In this document: positions 1 to 11,477 of the stretch, in pieces
Layout of the letters: every line of letters begins with the position of its first letter
How positions within the stretch are numbered: the first letter of the stretch is position 1
From: Malacoraja senta
Lineage: Eukaryota
Length of the DNA stretch: 50,607 bases
Reading direction: 5' to 3'
NCBI GenBank assembly: GCA_038087875.1
Contig: CM075990.1
Coordinates: 12,028,001-12,078,607 of the forward strand
Translations under genes and position numbers: made by a program
Notes under the pieces: model-generated
Told to the model about the DNA's origin: nothing
Databases searched by the model: none
The model's input: the letters and a program-made list of their open reading frames with translations, nothing else

Positions 1-179
1 AGCCCGTGACTATTATGAAAGACTGGCTGATATTTGCATTTTTCAAAATGTAAATGCAGAACTTGGGTCAGTGAAACACCTTTGTGTCTCAAGTCTGCTT
101 GAGGCAATTCATTTTAGTCCATTATTTGTGCAGCTGAAAAGTAAGTGTCACGCCATTTTGGCTTCGCTTCCAGTGTTTC

Positions 180-398
180 CCCGTGACCGGCATTGTTTCT
201 CCGGGTGCTCAACTTTCTCCCCCCCCCCCCCCCCCCCCCACATTCACAAGGCGTACAGGTTTGTAGACTAATTGGCTTTGGTAAAATTGTAAATAGTCCC
301 TAGTGTGTGTAGGATAGTGCCAGTGTGTGGGGATCGCTGGTCGGCACGGACTCGATGGGCCGAAGGGCCTGTTTCCGTGGTGTGTCTCTAAACCAAAC
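180..398 (+). mobile_element. HE1-type V-SINE, 5'-truncated (internal C21 run at 219-239)
   Basis: Body plus tail GGGCCGAAGGGCCTGTTTCC..TCTCTAAAC matches the full copies at 10662 and 47352. Confidence 0.8.
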
Positions 399-711
399 TC
401 TCCGGACGTTCCTGACCATCCAGTAACTGTGTGGCTCTGAGATTTTTTTAACCTTAAAGCTTTGTGGTTATCCATAATGCATTAAGGACCTCCACTGAAG
501 TCGAATAGATCAATGATTCAACCTTCGTGACTAAACAGGTCAGTTTCCCTATTTGTCCCCCGACATATTGAGAACTTGTTTCCGTTAATTCCATCTGTTT
601 TTGTGAGAACATCTCGAATTAGAAACTGTAATTACATTCTCACCAGATTTCTGCCCAGAGGGGGGAAATATTAATGAATGTGTCGAGAAAGTGTTTTACC
701 TGTGTGCTTTA

Positions 712-939
712 AGGGCCTGTCCCACTTTCACCACCTAATTCACAACCTCTGCCGAGTTTGCCCTTGACTCATACTCGCAGCATGGTCGTCACAAGGTCGT
801 AGGTAGGTCGTAGCAGGCCGTGATGCTAGTCGTAGGTACTCGTGGCCTCAAGTAGGTCGGGGCGTTTTTTTCAGCATGATGAAAAATGTCCACGAGTAAA
901 AAAGATCGTGAATTAGGTTGTGAAAGTGGGACAGGCCTT
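712..939. mobile_element. PIF/Harbinger-type MITE, family A
   Basis: TIR AGGGCCTGTCCCACTTTCAC / GTGAAAGTGGGACAGGCCTT; TTA TSD at 709-711 and 940-942; near-identical copy at 29367. Confidence 0.88.
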
Positions 940-944
940 TTAAC

Positions 945-1072
945 GCACTGCTGTTGGGTTGGGACTTGCTGTGCGGAAATTGGTCACAACCCTTTCTGAC
1001 AGTACTCCATGGCTGTATGTTCCTCTGGGGATCGAGGTTGTGATGGGTGTTTAATAAATGCAAGTTTATCTG
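945..1072 (+). mobile_element. Old SacSINE1/DeuSINE-like 3' relic
   Basis: CTTGCTGTGCGGAAATTGG ... ATAAATGCAAGT resembles the DeuSINE 3' part (from memory). Confidence 0.5.
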
Positions 1073-1099
1073 TTCACGTTTTCGGTACTTTTTCATACC

Positions 1100-1257
1100 T
1101 CTAGTTTCCCCCTCCCCTGACTCTCAGTCTGAAGAAGGGTCGTGACCCAAAATGTCACCTATTCCTTATCTCCAGAGACGCTGCCTGTCCCGCTGAGTTG
1201 CTCCAGGAATTTGTGTCTATCTTCGGTGTAAACCAGCATCTGCAGTTCCTTCCTACA
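1100..1257 (+). mobile_element. Penelope-like pLTR-derived unit (hammerhead motif degenerate)
   Basis: CAGTCTGAAGAAGGGTCGTGACCCAAAATGTC...CAGCATCTGCAGTTCCTTCCTACA. Confidence 0.75.
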
Positions 1258-1345
1258 TTACATAAATGCAAATCATCTTGGTTGGTTTAATTTTCATGTC
1301 GTGTGTGATAATCTGGTTATATTGAATCTTGGCTGTGGTGAATAG

Positions 1346-1655
1346 ATTTAGTTCAGTTTGGAGATACAGCACGGAAACAGGCGCATCGGCCCACCAAGTC
1401 CCCATCAACCAGCCATCCCCGCACGTTAACACTATCCTACACACACTTGGGACAATTTTTTTTTAGATTTATACAAAGCCTATTAACCTACAAACCTGTA
1501 CGTCTTTGGAGCGTGAGAGGAAACTGAAGATCTCGGAGAAATCCCACGCAGGTCAAGGGGCGAACGTACGAACTCCATACAGACAAGCACCCATAGTCGG
1601 GATCGAGCCTGGGTCTGGTGCTGTAAGGCAGCAGCTCTACTGTTACTCCGCTGTG
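1346..1655 (-). mobile_element. HE1-type V-SINE
   Basis: Reverse complement has a tRNA-like head (B-box-like GGCTCGATCCC) and a TAAAC-repeat tail. Confidence 0.85.
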
Positions 1656-1860
1656 ATTCAACCTCCTGAAGAGGTCCACCTAATCCCTGGAAATCCTCTC
1701 GTACTGACGGTGCACCTCCCTATGTGTTCAGCATGTTCATCCCATTGTGTCACTGTGATTTCTATCAAGCATCACTCACTATGGGAAGAACGATCTGTAT
1801 TTACGTGGAACCCATCACAACTTTGTCCCCAGCATGACAGTAAACGACGCCGTACGTTTT

Positions 1861-2245
1861 TTTTTTGTTTTTTTTTAATTTATTAGAAGTACATTACATT
1901 ACAACCACATACATTAGTACTCGTCACTTATGTCTTCTTACAATTAATGTACTCCATTTATTTTTTACACTAGAAAAAGAAAAGATTGAAAGAAAGAAGA
2001 AAGTGAAGGAAAAAGTGAGAGTGTAGAAAATGTGACAACAAAAAAGGACGAAGACCCTATAAGAGCAAAATTAAAAACAAAAGAATAAGAGTTAAGAAAT
2101 AGACCCTAGAAAAGAAAGAGAAAGAGAAAGAGGAAAAAGAGAGAAACAAATATTTTTATGAGCATTACGTAAATGGGACATACCAACTCTTCAACTATCA
2201 TCCCCCCTTACCTGACCTCAATTTTTTTTTTTTAAGTACTTTTGC
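1861..2245 (-). mobile_element. L1 LINE family 2, 3' UTR-only insertion
   Basis: Poly-T at the left end; homologous to 37579-37975; TSD CGC(C/A)GTACGTTTT at 1848-1860 and 2246-2258. Confidence 0.85.
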
Positions 2246-2537
2246 CGCAGTACGTTTTCAAAGCGCAGTCACCATTGTAATACTTATCCCAAAATTTGAG
2301 ATGCTGAATAAAATTTATTCTCGTGTAATTTATGCGAGGTTAAAAAAAAAAAGTAAATAGACCACTTTTTCCCCATGACTCACATTTCTTGGTGCAGAAG
2401 ATGTGACTTTTTATTATGTAAAATCGAGATAGTTCTACCCCCACTATCCTCCTCCCACCTCCTGGTGAGAATGGAGTCAAAGATTTTCAATTGATGTGTT
2501 CTTATAAAATTAACAAACCTGTGTTCACAAATCTAAA

Positions 2538-2747
2538 GATAGACACACAACGCTGGAGTAACTCAGCGGGACAGGCAGCATCTCGGGAGAGAAGGAATGG
2601 GGGACGTCTTTTGTCGAGACCCTTCTTCAGGCTGACCCGAAACGTCGGCCATTCCTTCTCTCCAGAGACGCTGCCTGTCCCGCTGAGTTACTCCAGTATT
2701 TTGTGTCTGTCTTTGGCTTAAAAACCAGCACCCGCAGTTCCTTCATT
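2538..2747. mobile_element. Penelope-like unit, inverted pair
   Basis: Minus arm ends CCCTTCTTCAG; plus arm starts GACCCGAAACGTC and carries the tail. Confidence 0.78.
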
Positions 2748-2868
2748 CAACATTAACCTGATCTGTTGAGGCACAACAAGCGAAAGGCTATCAGCTTCAT
2801 TGCTCTGGTTCACGTTTGGTGCTTAGAAACAAACAAATTATCTTGAATCTAGGTGATCGGATGGAGAA

Positions 2869-3000
2869 ATGTTTAAGAAAGAACTGCAGATGCTGGAAAA
2901 ACGAAGGTAGACAAAAATGCTGGAGAAACTCAGCGGGTGAGGCAGCATCTGTGGAGCGAAGGAATAGGTGACGTTTCGGGTCGAGACCCTTCTTCAGACT
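2869..3000 (-). mobile_element. Penelope-like unit
   Basis: Full unit with tail on the minus strand. Confidence 0.78.
2970..2997 (-). ncRNA. Minimal type I hammerhead ribozyme motif (intact core)
   Basis: Minus strand reads CTGAAGA A GGGT CTCG ACCC GAAAC GTC. Confidence 0.7.
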
Positions 3001-3214
3001 GCGATCAGATGTGTGTGGCTCTTGTAACGAGACATGTAGTTGACTCATTCTGTCAGCCTACCCCCTTAACGAGCAGCATTAGGTTCAGTTTACATGCAAG
3101 GAACAAAGTATTAATGTGGGAGCCATTTATATGGGCCTTTTGGCAAAAACTAGGTACAAGTCCAAAAGCTTGCATTGATGGTTGTACATACTTAATGCTG
3201 GGGCTCACATATTA

Positions 3215-3522
3215 AGTTCAGTTCAGTTTAGTCTATTGTCACGTGCACCGAGGTACAGTGTAAAAACATTTGCTGCGTGCTAACCAGTCAGCAGAAAGGC
3301 AATAATGATTACAATCGATCCATTTACAGTGTATAGATACATGATACGGGAATATCGTTTAGTGCAAGGTAAAGCCAGCAAAGTCCGATGACGGAAAGTC
3401 CGAGGGTCATCAAAGAGGTAGATAGTAGTTCAGCACTGCTCTCTGGTTGTGGTCGGATGATTCAGTTGCCTGATAGCAGCTGGGAAGAAACTGTTCCTGA
3501 ATCTGGTGGTGTGCGAATTTTC
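3215..3522 (-). mobile_element. Rex1/Babar-type LINE 3' end, family A
   Basis: TTGTCACGTGCACCGAGGTACAGTG tail; GCTGGGAAGAAACTG is the reverse complement of the SFFPA C-terminal motif. Confidence 0.7.
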
Positions 3523-3647
3523 CTGAGAGTCGCTGGGCCCTCCTCCCTCCTGTGTCGGGTCGCTGCTGAGGTTTAGTTGTTGCTCAAAAACATTGTGTTG
3601 CCCTCACTGGTCTTCAGACAGATGGGATCAGTTCAGCTGGACACCAT

Positions 3648-3777
3648 GTTTTAAAGAAGGAACTGCAGATGCTGGAAAATCGAAGGTACACAAAAATGCT
3701 GGAGAAACTCAGCGGGTGCAGCAGCATCTATGGAGCGAAGGAAATAGGCAACGTTTCGGGCCGAAACCCTTCTTCAG
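3648..3777 (-). mobile_element. Penelope-like unit, subfamily 2, with intact hammerhead core (3750-3777)
   Basis: Minus strand CTGAAGA A GGGT TTCG GCCC GAAAC GTT; 20-bp direct repeat at 3632-3651 and 3773-3792. Confidence 0.8.
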
Positions 3778-3951
3778 CTGGACACCATGTTTGGCACATT
3801 CCTGTTTTGTTTGGTTCTATCTCCCTTCGTTGCCAGTTCAGCCTGAAATTTGTACTGCTTTCCTGACACCAGTCCTGCTTCTGATCATGATGAGAAAGAA
3901 ATGTAGTTCTTCGGAAAAAAAATGATGTGCTGCCTTCCCTCATCAGCAAAA

Positions 3952-4109
3952 CCTGGCTTTATCATGCACTAACGGTTATTCTCTTATCATGAATCTGTAC
4001 ATTGTAGACTGCCTGGTTGTAATCTTGTATGGTCTCTTTCCATTGACTGATTAGCACGCAACAAAACCTTTTCACTGTACCTCGGTACACGTGACAATAA
4101 ACTAAACTC
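3952..4109 (+). mobile_element. Rex1/Babar 3' UTR fragment, family A
   Basis: CACTGTACCTCGGTACACGTGACAATAAACTAAAC tail. Confidence 0.65.
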
Positions 4110-4192
4110 AAGAAAGCCGCGAGGTTTTACTTTTCCAACACCCCTGGAAATATGTTGAAACAAAGTTTTTGCCAAGCTACAATTATAGGGGT

Positions 4193-4390
4193 GAGACACA
4201 AGGCCTGAGTAACTCAGTGGGACAGACGGCATCTCTGGAGAAAAGGAATAGGTGACGGTTTGGGTCGAGACCCTTCTTCTCGACCCGAAACGTCACCCAT
4301 TCCTTTTCTCCAGAGACACTGCCTAACCCACTGAGTTCATCTGGCTTTTTGTGTCTCCGGTTTAAACCAGCATCTGCAGTTCCTTCCTCC
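4193..4390. mobile_element. Penelope-like unit, inverted pair
   Basis: Junction GAGACCCTTCTT/CTCGACCCGAAACGTC. Confidence 0.78.
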
Positions 4391-4904
4391 ACTGAAATAA
4401 AAGATTTGACAAGCAAGCATAATTAAGTCACTTCTTTTTTGACGTGGCTCTGTAAATTGAAAATTAAAGAGGATATGATTTGGGAAATCTTGATGAGAAT
4501 CTTACAGTCCCATGTTGTAAAAATTTAATTTGTTATTCAGTCACTGAAGTGTGGGATTGGAGTTTACAATCTTGCAGACAAAGGATTGGGTTTAGTCAAT
4601 TGCCCCTTAAATGAAGGGAGTTCAACGTTAATTTTTGGAGGAGGATAACTCTTTTAATAGCCAAAGTTAAATGGTTTTCAAGCTGTCTTTTGTCGCAGAA
4701 TCGAGATAAGGCAGTGCAGGTGCAATGGAGGGTTGTGGATAGCTGGACGTTGGTTCAAAGGTAATTTCAAAGTGAATTGCTTGGAGGATCTCAAACAGCA
4801 ACGCATTGCTTAAGTGACTCCTAGATGTACTTTGTGCTTGGAACTGCAAATTGAAGATTGTATCAGAGCTGCATTTATTGTACCTTTTTCTTCATATTGC
4901 CAAC

Positions 4905-5447
4905 GGACAATAGGTGCAGGAGGAGGCCATTTGGCCCTTCGAGCCAGCACCGCCATTCTCTGTGATCATGGCTGATCATCCACAATCAGTACCCCTTTCC
5001 TGCCTTCTCCCCATATCCCTTGACTCCACTATCTTTAAGAGCTCTACCTAACTCTCTCTTGAAAGCATCCAGAGAATTGGCCTCCACTGTCTTCTGAGGC
5101 AGAGAATTCAACAGATTCACAATTCTCTGGGTGAAAAAGTTTTCCCTCATTCATATCTGTTTTAATTGGCCTACCCCTTATTCTTAAAGTGTGGCTCCTG
5201 GTTCTGGACCCCCCCCAACATCGGGAACATGTTTCCTGCCTCTGGCGTGTCCAATCCCTTAATCTTATGTTTCAATAAGATGCCCTCTCATCCTTCTAAA
5301 TTCCAGTGTATACAAGCCCAGTCGCTCCATTCTCTCAACATTTGACTGTGCCGCCATCCCGGGAATTAACCTCGTGAACCTACGCTGCTCTCCCTCAATA
5401 GCAAGAATGTCCTTCCTCAAATTTGGAGACCAAAACTGTCCAAAACA
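4905..5447 (-). mobile_element. CR1/HER1 LINE 3' fragment
   Basis: ORF 5265-5453 QFWSPNLRKDILAIEGEQRRFTRLIPG is a CR1 ORF2 C-terminus; tail GGCTCGAAGGGCCAAATGGCC. Confidence 0.9.
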
Positions 5448-5559
5448 TTGCAATAAAATGAAAGTCGTGTATGGTTTGAGGCGTTACACTTTTGCTTCCG
5501 AGTGAGAAGCACTGCCCACAGCTGACGGTTTGTGCCAAACCTGAACCCTACTTCTAGAA

Positions 5560-5691
5560 TGTATGGATAAGAGAGGTTGCGAGGGATATCGGCCAAACGG
5601 CAGCATAATGGGACTGGCTTAGATGAGGTATCTTGGTTGGCATGGATGAGTTGGGCTGAAGGGCCTGTCTCTGTGCTGTATGACTATGACT
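5560..5691 (+). mobile_element. CR1 LINE tail fragment
   Basis: TTGGGCTGAAGGGCCTGTCTCTGTGCTGTATGACTATGA. Confidence 0.65.
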
Positions 5692-5819
5692 AGGGGCAAG
5701 GGAAGGCTGGGGGGGCGGTCAGTAGCATCTTTGGGAGAGCAGTCTACACTATCTTTAGAACGAAACATTAACCTGAGACTTCATCTCGAATTAACGTGAA
5801 AATCGATAAGCGAGGAAGC

Positions 5820-6075
5820 AGACATCTCGGCCCTGTGCTGACCATCAAGTGGACACTACACTGATCCAATACCAATCCTGTCAACTTGATGTAGAATTTG
5901 TCCACTTGCCTTCGCGCTGGGGGCTATTTCCAGAGGCCAATCAACCTACCAACCTGCATTAGAATGTGGGAGGAACCTGGCACATGCAGCCACAGAGCGT
6001 GCAAACTCCACACATGGAGCACCGGAGGTCAGTATCGAACCTGGGTCGCTGGCACTGTGTGGCAGTGGCTCAGCG
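5820..6075 (-). mobile_element. Degenerate HE1-like V-SINE
   Basis: CCAATCAACCTACC...TCGAACCTGGGTCGCTGGCACTGTG. Confidence 0.6.
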
Positions 6076-6379
6076 GCCTGGCAGTTAAAAGGGAAGCCAT
6101 TGCCTGAACTTCAACCAATATCACCAACTCCATTGATGTTGATCATATTATCGTATTGAGAATCCTGGGCATGAGCAAGGAGATGCTCTGATCATATACG
6201 TTGAGAAACCGAGCTCCTCACAAGCCACCCACTCCTTGTTCGTTCAGCCACCACCTGGTCTCTTTGTGGATGAGTGCACACATTCCCATTTTGGCTTCTA
6301 ACGTCGCCGAAGAACTCGCCAAACCAGTGGAAGTGAGTCACCCTCGGACCTAAGAGGACACAGAGCGGTGGAGGAACTC

Positions 6380-7035
6380 TGTTCAGTTCAGTTTATTGTC
6401 ACGTGTACCGAGGTACAGTGAAAAGCTTTTTGTTGCGTGCCAACCAGTCAGCAGAAAGATAATACATTACAATCAAGCCATTTTCAGTGAAAAGATACAT
6501 TATAAGGGAATAACGTTTAGTGCAAGGTAAAACAAGCAGAGTCTGGTCAAGGTAGACAAAAATGCGAGAGAAACTCAGCGGGTGAGGCAGCATCTATGGA
6601 GCGAAGGAAATAGGCAACGTTTCGGTCTCCCGAAACGTTGCCTATTTCCATCGCTCCATAGATGCTCCCGCACCCTCTGAGTTTCTCCAGCAATTTTGTC
6701 TACCTTCGATTTTCCAGCTTCTTAAACATCAAGGTTTAGGTCCAACATGTCAAACATGGGTCTGCAAATTAAAGGCAGTTTGGAAAACAGTAAAAGGAAA
6801 AAAAGGAAGATAGACAGAAAATGGTTGGGGGTAACTCTACAGGGCAGGCAGCATCTCTGGAGAGCAGGGATGGGTAACGTTTCAGGACGAGACCCTTCTT
6901 CAGGATGGGAAAGGAAAAAAAGTATTGTGTTTCTGTGTCTACCTTCGATTCTCCAGCATCTGCAGTTCCTTCTTAAACACAGAGTCTGGTCAAGGGTAGT
7001 CCAAGGCTTACCAATGAGGTAACCAATTTTCAGTT
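6380..7035 (-). mobile_element. Rex1/Babar 3' UTR (6380-6552 and 6980-7035), split by a PLE composite
   Basis: Collinear with 3215-3430 once 6553-6979 is removed. Confidence 0.7.
6553..6979. mobile_element. Composite Penelope-like insertion (inverted pair, unique spacer, nested minus unit, second tail)
   Basis: Flanked by the 16-bp direct repeat CAGAGTCTGGTCAAGG at 6537-6552 and 6980-6995. Confidence 0.75.
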
Positions 7036-7054
7036 CCAAGCACAACATGGATTG

Positions 7055-7176
7055 GTGAAGAAGGGTCTCGACCTGAAACGTCACCCTTCCATGTTCTCCA
7101 GAGATGCTGCCTGATCTGCTGAGTTACTCCAGTGCTTTGTGCATTCACCAGCATCTGCAGTTCCTTGTTTCTTTCT
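7055..7176 (+). mobile_element. Penelope-like unit
   Basis: TGAAGAAGGGTCTCGACCTGAAACGTCACC. Confidence 0.72.
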
Positions 7177-7766
7177 ACCTCCGTTCTAAGCGACTTCCCA
7201 AGAGGAGAGACCGCAGTATAAAACAGCTCCTCTAGCTGTAAAGCACTTTTATATACCCTGAAGTCAAAGGTTTTACAGAAGTACAAGCCTTTAATTTTTA
7301 TTTCTTGCTGTTAAGCCAATAAAAAAGAATAAGGGCAATTGTTTAGGTTGTGTGGCTTCTCTCATTGTGATGATACTTGCTGGAGGCTGTAAATGGAATT
7401 TTATTTGCATGTCGAAGCAGCACTTTCAATGAAATTGGTTCATGATGAGTGTTGCTTGATGCAGGGGAAATAGAAATGCACTGGCTCAAAGCTGTGGTTT
7501 TAATTAAACATTCACTTCAGTGGTGAACAGGCTTTGAAGTGCTTTTTTCTGACTCTTATTCAAAAGCAGCTGGACTTCATTCCTGAAGATCCAACTCGAT
7601 GAATGGCCGTGGCTATTCCCATTGTGCAATTTCATTTGAAAGTTTAAAGGCCTTATGAATCGAATTTGTACTTTTCAACATTAAAAGCCAATGTGATCCT
7701 CAAAATCCGAGGCACCCAGTCCAATCCTTAACCAAACAGCCAGAATGTTAGTGTCGATAGGCAAAA

Positions 7767-7872
7767 TGTCACGTGTGTTGAGGTACCGTGAAAAGCTTTT
7801 GTTGCGTGCTAACCAGTCAGCAGAAAGACAATACATGATTACAATCAAGCCATTTACAGTGTATAGATACAT
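7767..7872 (-). mobile_element. Rex1/Babar 3' UTR fragment
   Basis: Matches 3237-3340. Confidence 0.65.
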
Positions 7873-7904
7873 TACCTGGGAACAATGTATTCCTTTGTGG
7901 GCTA

Positions 7905-8043
7905 GGCAGCATCTCTGGATAGAAAAGGGTCTCGACCTGAAAGGTCACCCATTCCTCCTCTCCAGAGATGCTGCCTGTCCCGCTGAGTTACTCCAGCAAT
8001 TTGTGTCTATCTTCAGGTGTAAACCAGCAGTTCCTTCGTACAC
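7905..8043 (+). mobile_element. Penelope-like unit with a short inverted 5' piece
   Basis: AGGCAGCATCTCTGGA followed by GGGTCTCGACCTGAAAGGTCACC...tail. Confidence 0.7.
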
Positions 8044-8090
8044 AAGGATTTAAGTGTGTTTATTTTGGCTTTGTGACGGTCTTTACCTAA

Positions 8091-8304
8091 AGGGCCTGTC
8101 CCACTTGGCCATCATTTGCGCGTCACGTAGATGGCGCGCGAAGATTTTGTACATCACAAAATCCTGCGACACCGCGCGTCACTGCCTATGTCATCGCGCA
8201 CCATGCACACCATGCGTGCATCACGTGCGTGTCATGTCATGCGTCGTGATGCATAAATGATGTTGTGTAAATTACACGCAAATGAAGTCAAGTGGGCAGG
8301 CCCT
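8091..8304. mobile_element. PIF/Harbinger-type MITE, family B
   Basis: TIR AGGGCCTGTCCCACTT / AAGTGGGCAGGCCCT; TAA TSD on both sides. Confidence 0.85.
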
Positions 8305-8381
8305 TAATGTATAATGATGCAGATTTGAACTCCACGATTATTTATCATAACAGTGAAGTCATTCGGATCCTCGGGGTTTTT

Positions 8382-10398
8382 TTTTTTTTTAATAAATATT
8401 TTTTATTGGAGATACGTACACAACCTAGTTACATCATTACAGTCTTACATTTTTAAATTGATAATATTGTCAATTATTATTACATTGTCTCCAATACCTT
8501 TTGCCTTTTTAAAAAAAACGAAATAGAACTAAAGAGAAAGATGAAGTAAAGAAAGAAAAGAAAGAGAAGAAAAACAAAGAAAAAATAAAAAAAAAGGAAA
8601 AAGATAGTTAAAGAAGAATGGAAAAATTTATTAAAATAAAAAACTTCATTCGAGATATATTCGTACATTTCTAAATATAGCATTTCATCCATTCTTTAGC
8701 CCGGGTGCTAGTCAGGTTCCTGTGCTGAACTGTTCTGACCCTTTAAGTAATCAATAAAAGGAGACCATGTTCCAACGAATAATTCCTGTTTGTCCAACAG
8801 GGAGAATCTGATTCTTTCCACGTTTAAGGTCTCCGTCATTTCTATAATCCACATTTTGATTGTGGGGGTCGTAGGGCCTTTCCAAAATTTTAGAATTAAT
8901 TTTTTTCCTGTTATTAAACTATAATCAATAAAGTTTCTTTGTGTTCTAAATGTTTGATTTAATTCTAATATTCCAAGTATTATTAATTTTGGATCTGGGT
9001 CCAATTGTGTGCTGGTTACTTTAGATATTATACTGAAAATATTTACCCAGAATTGTTTAATTTTTATACAGTTTGCAAACATATGAGATGAGGTAGCTTC
9101 TAAATGTTGTCATTTATCACATATAGGTGAGATATGTTGAAAAATTTTATGTAGTTTTGTTTTGGAATAATGTAACCTATGTATTACTTTGAATTGTATT
9201 AGAGAATGTCTGGCGTTTAATGAACATTGATGTATGTGTTGCAAACTTTCTTCCCAAGTATCTTTCGTTATTATTTGATTTAATTCTTTTTCCCATGTTT
9301 GTCTGTGTAAGTCCGTCGATGGAATGTCACTGTCTAATAAGATATTATATATATAAGATATTAATTTTTCTGTATTAGGATGTTTGTTCCAACATTCATC
9401 AAAAATTTCTGAATTTCTAATTCGAAAATTTTGAGTATTCGATTTTACATAATCTCTAAGTTGAAGATATCTGAAATAATCATTTCCTCGAAGTCCATAA
9501 GTCTGTTGCAACTCCTGAAATGTCAGAAAAGTGCCTTCCTTGTAAAGTTGTCCCATATTTTTAATTCCATAATTCTTCCATTGTGTAAAACCCCCGTCCA
9601 ACCATGAAGGCTTAAACAAAGGGTTATTCACAATTGGAAGAAAAAGTGATAAATTATCTAATTTTAATGTCTTTTTTAATTGTTTCCAAATTCGTATAGC
9701 ACTAAATATTATAGGGTTTTCCCTATAATTTCTTTTGTTTAATTTAGACGTAGCAAATAAAATCGAACCGATATCAAAAGGTAAACAATCTTCCTTTTCC
9801 ATTTTTAACCAGTCTGGCTGATGATCTATTTCTTCCAACCAGAAATTCATATTTTTAATATTAACTGCCCAAAAATAAAACAAAGTTGGGTAAAACCAAG
9901 CCTCCATTCATTTTTGATTTACACAAATGTCTTTTGTTTATCCTATGATTCTTATAATCCCAGATGAAATCATTAACAATAGAATCCAGTTTTTTAAAAA
10001 AGTTTTTGCCAGATATATCGGAATTGTCTGAAAAAGGTATAATATTTGCGGTAAAAAAATCATTTTTATGGCATTAATTTTGCCTACCATTGAGATAGGA
10101 AGTGTTTTCCAGTATTGAATATTCTTATGTAGTTTATTTAGTAATGGTGGAAAATTTGCTTTAAATAATGATGTATATTTCTTAGTTATATAAATACCTA
10201 GATATTTACATTTTTCCTTTACTATTTTAAATGGAAATTGTTGTATTATCTGTTTGTTATGTTCCCTTATTGGCATAATTTCACTTTTATTCCAATTTAT
10301 TCTGTATCCTGAAAGTGAACCAAATTGGGTTATTAGCTTTAATAAGTTTGGAATACTAATTTCTGGTTTTGTAATGTTAATTAATACATCATCTGCGC
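8382..10398 (-). mobile_element. L1 LINE family 1, 5'-truncated
   Basis: Poly-A tail and AATAAA on the minus strand; TSD ATC(C/A)TCGGGGTTTTT at 8367-8381 and 10399-10413; TTTT/AA endonuclease site. Confidence 0.93.
8708..10396 (-). pseudogene. L1 ORF2 C-terminal half (RT C-terminus to zf-RVT), frameshifted and with a premature stop
   Basis: ADDVL..SGYRINWNKSE, KYLG, GKINAIKMIFLPQILYLFQ, IQFKVIHRLH, CDK*..HMFANC; split over ORFs 9938-10276, 9110-9907 and 8708-9082. Confidence 0.92.
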
Positions 10399-10497
10399 AT
10401 CATCGGGGTTTTTAATGAAATATTTAGTACTCTTTATAAGACTTGCTTTAATTGCCATTGAGGATCTCTGCTGGTGGAACGCCACTTATTTTTAGTT

Positions 10498-10629
10498 GTG
10501 TAGGAAGGAACTGCAGATGCTGGTTTACACCGAAGATAGACACAAAAGGCTGGAGTAATTCAGCGGGACAGGCAGCTTCTCTGGAGAAAAGGAATAGGTG
10601 ATGTTTTGGTTCAAGACCCTTCTTCAGAC
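10498..10629 (-). mobile_element. Penelope-like unit
   Basis: Full unit; hammerhead core degenerate. Confidence 0.75.
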
Positions 10630-10661
10630 ATTTCTAGCTATCTGATTGACACAATTTGATG

Positions 10662-10956
10662 TTTAGTTTAGAGATACAGCACGGAAACAGGCCCTTCGGC
10701 CCACTGGGACCCCACCGACCAGCGATTCCTGCATATTAACACTATCCTACACAAACTAGGGACAATTTTTACATTTACCAAGCCAATTAACCTACAAAAC
10801 TTGTACATCTTTGGAGTGTGGGTGGAAACCCACGCAGTCACAGGGAGAACGTACAAACTCTGCACAGACAGCACCCGAAGACGGGATCGAACCCGGGTCT
10901 CTGGCGCTGCAAGCTCTGTAAGGCAGCAACCCTACCACTGCACCACCGTGCCGCCC
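10662..10956 (-). mobile_element. HE1-type V-SINE, near full length
   Basis: Minus-strand head GGGCGGCACGGTGGTGCAGTGG (A-box) and GGTTCGATCCC (B-box). Confidence 0.9.
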
Positions 10957-11272
10957 TATTGATCCTTGATCCTTAGCTGATGGTTTGAGCCCCATTCTTG
11001 GGTCAGAGCCCGCTGTCCCTTCTGGTCCACCAGTGCAGCATAGCTGACGCTTGGCATTTCCTGCATCGTCGTGAATGCTTTTACTTGAGTGAAATGCATT
11101 GCAGCAAATGTTTTTCCCTTGCATTGCATTGCACTGCAAGGTACCAATTGTCACACTGGGAACTGCAGCCGGCATTGTACCCGAGGTGCTTTAGAGACAT
11201 TTTAGCAGCGTGGTCTTGTAAGGTCTTTTTTCACCTTGGGGAAGTTGGGTTTCCTCTTTAAAATGGCAACAA

Positions 11273-11468
11273 GGGGGTGGAACGGTGGTGCAGCGGTAGA
11301 TGCGACACAGAAACAGGCCTTTCGGCCCACCGGGTCCTCACCGACCAGCGATCCCCACACACTAACACTATCCCACACACACTAGGGACAATTTACAATT
11401 ACACCAAGCCAATTAACCTACAATCCTGTACGTCTTTGGAGTGTGGGAAGAAACCGGAGAAACCCCAC
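11273..11468. mobile_element. Rearranged HE1 SINE (plus-strand head joined to minus-strand tail)
   Basis: CGGTGGTGCAGCGGTAGA followed by GAAACAGGCCTTTCGGCCCACC. Confidence 0.7.
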
Positions 11469-11477
11469 AATCGATGT

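Noticed and set aside
10662-10956. tRNA-like A/B boxes as tRNA genes
   Set aside because: They are SINE heads followed by SINE body and tail, with no complete cloverleaf
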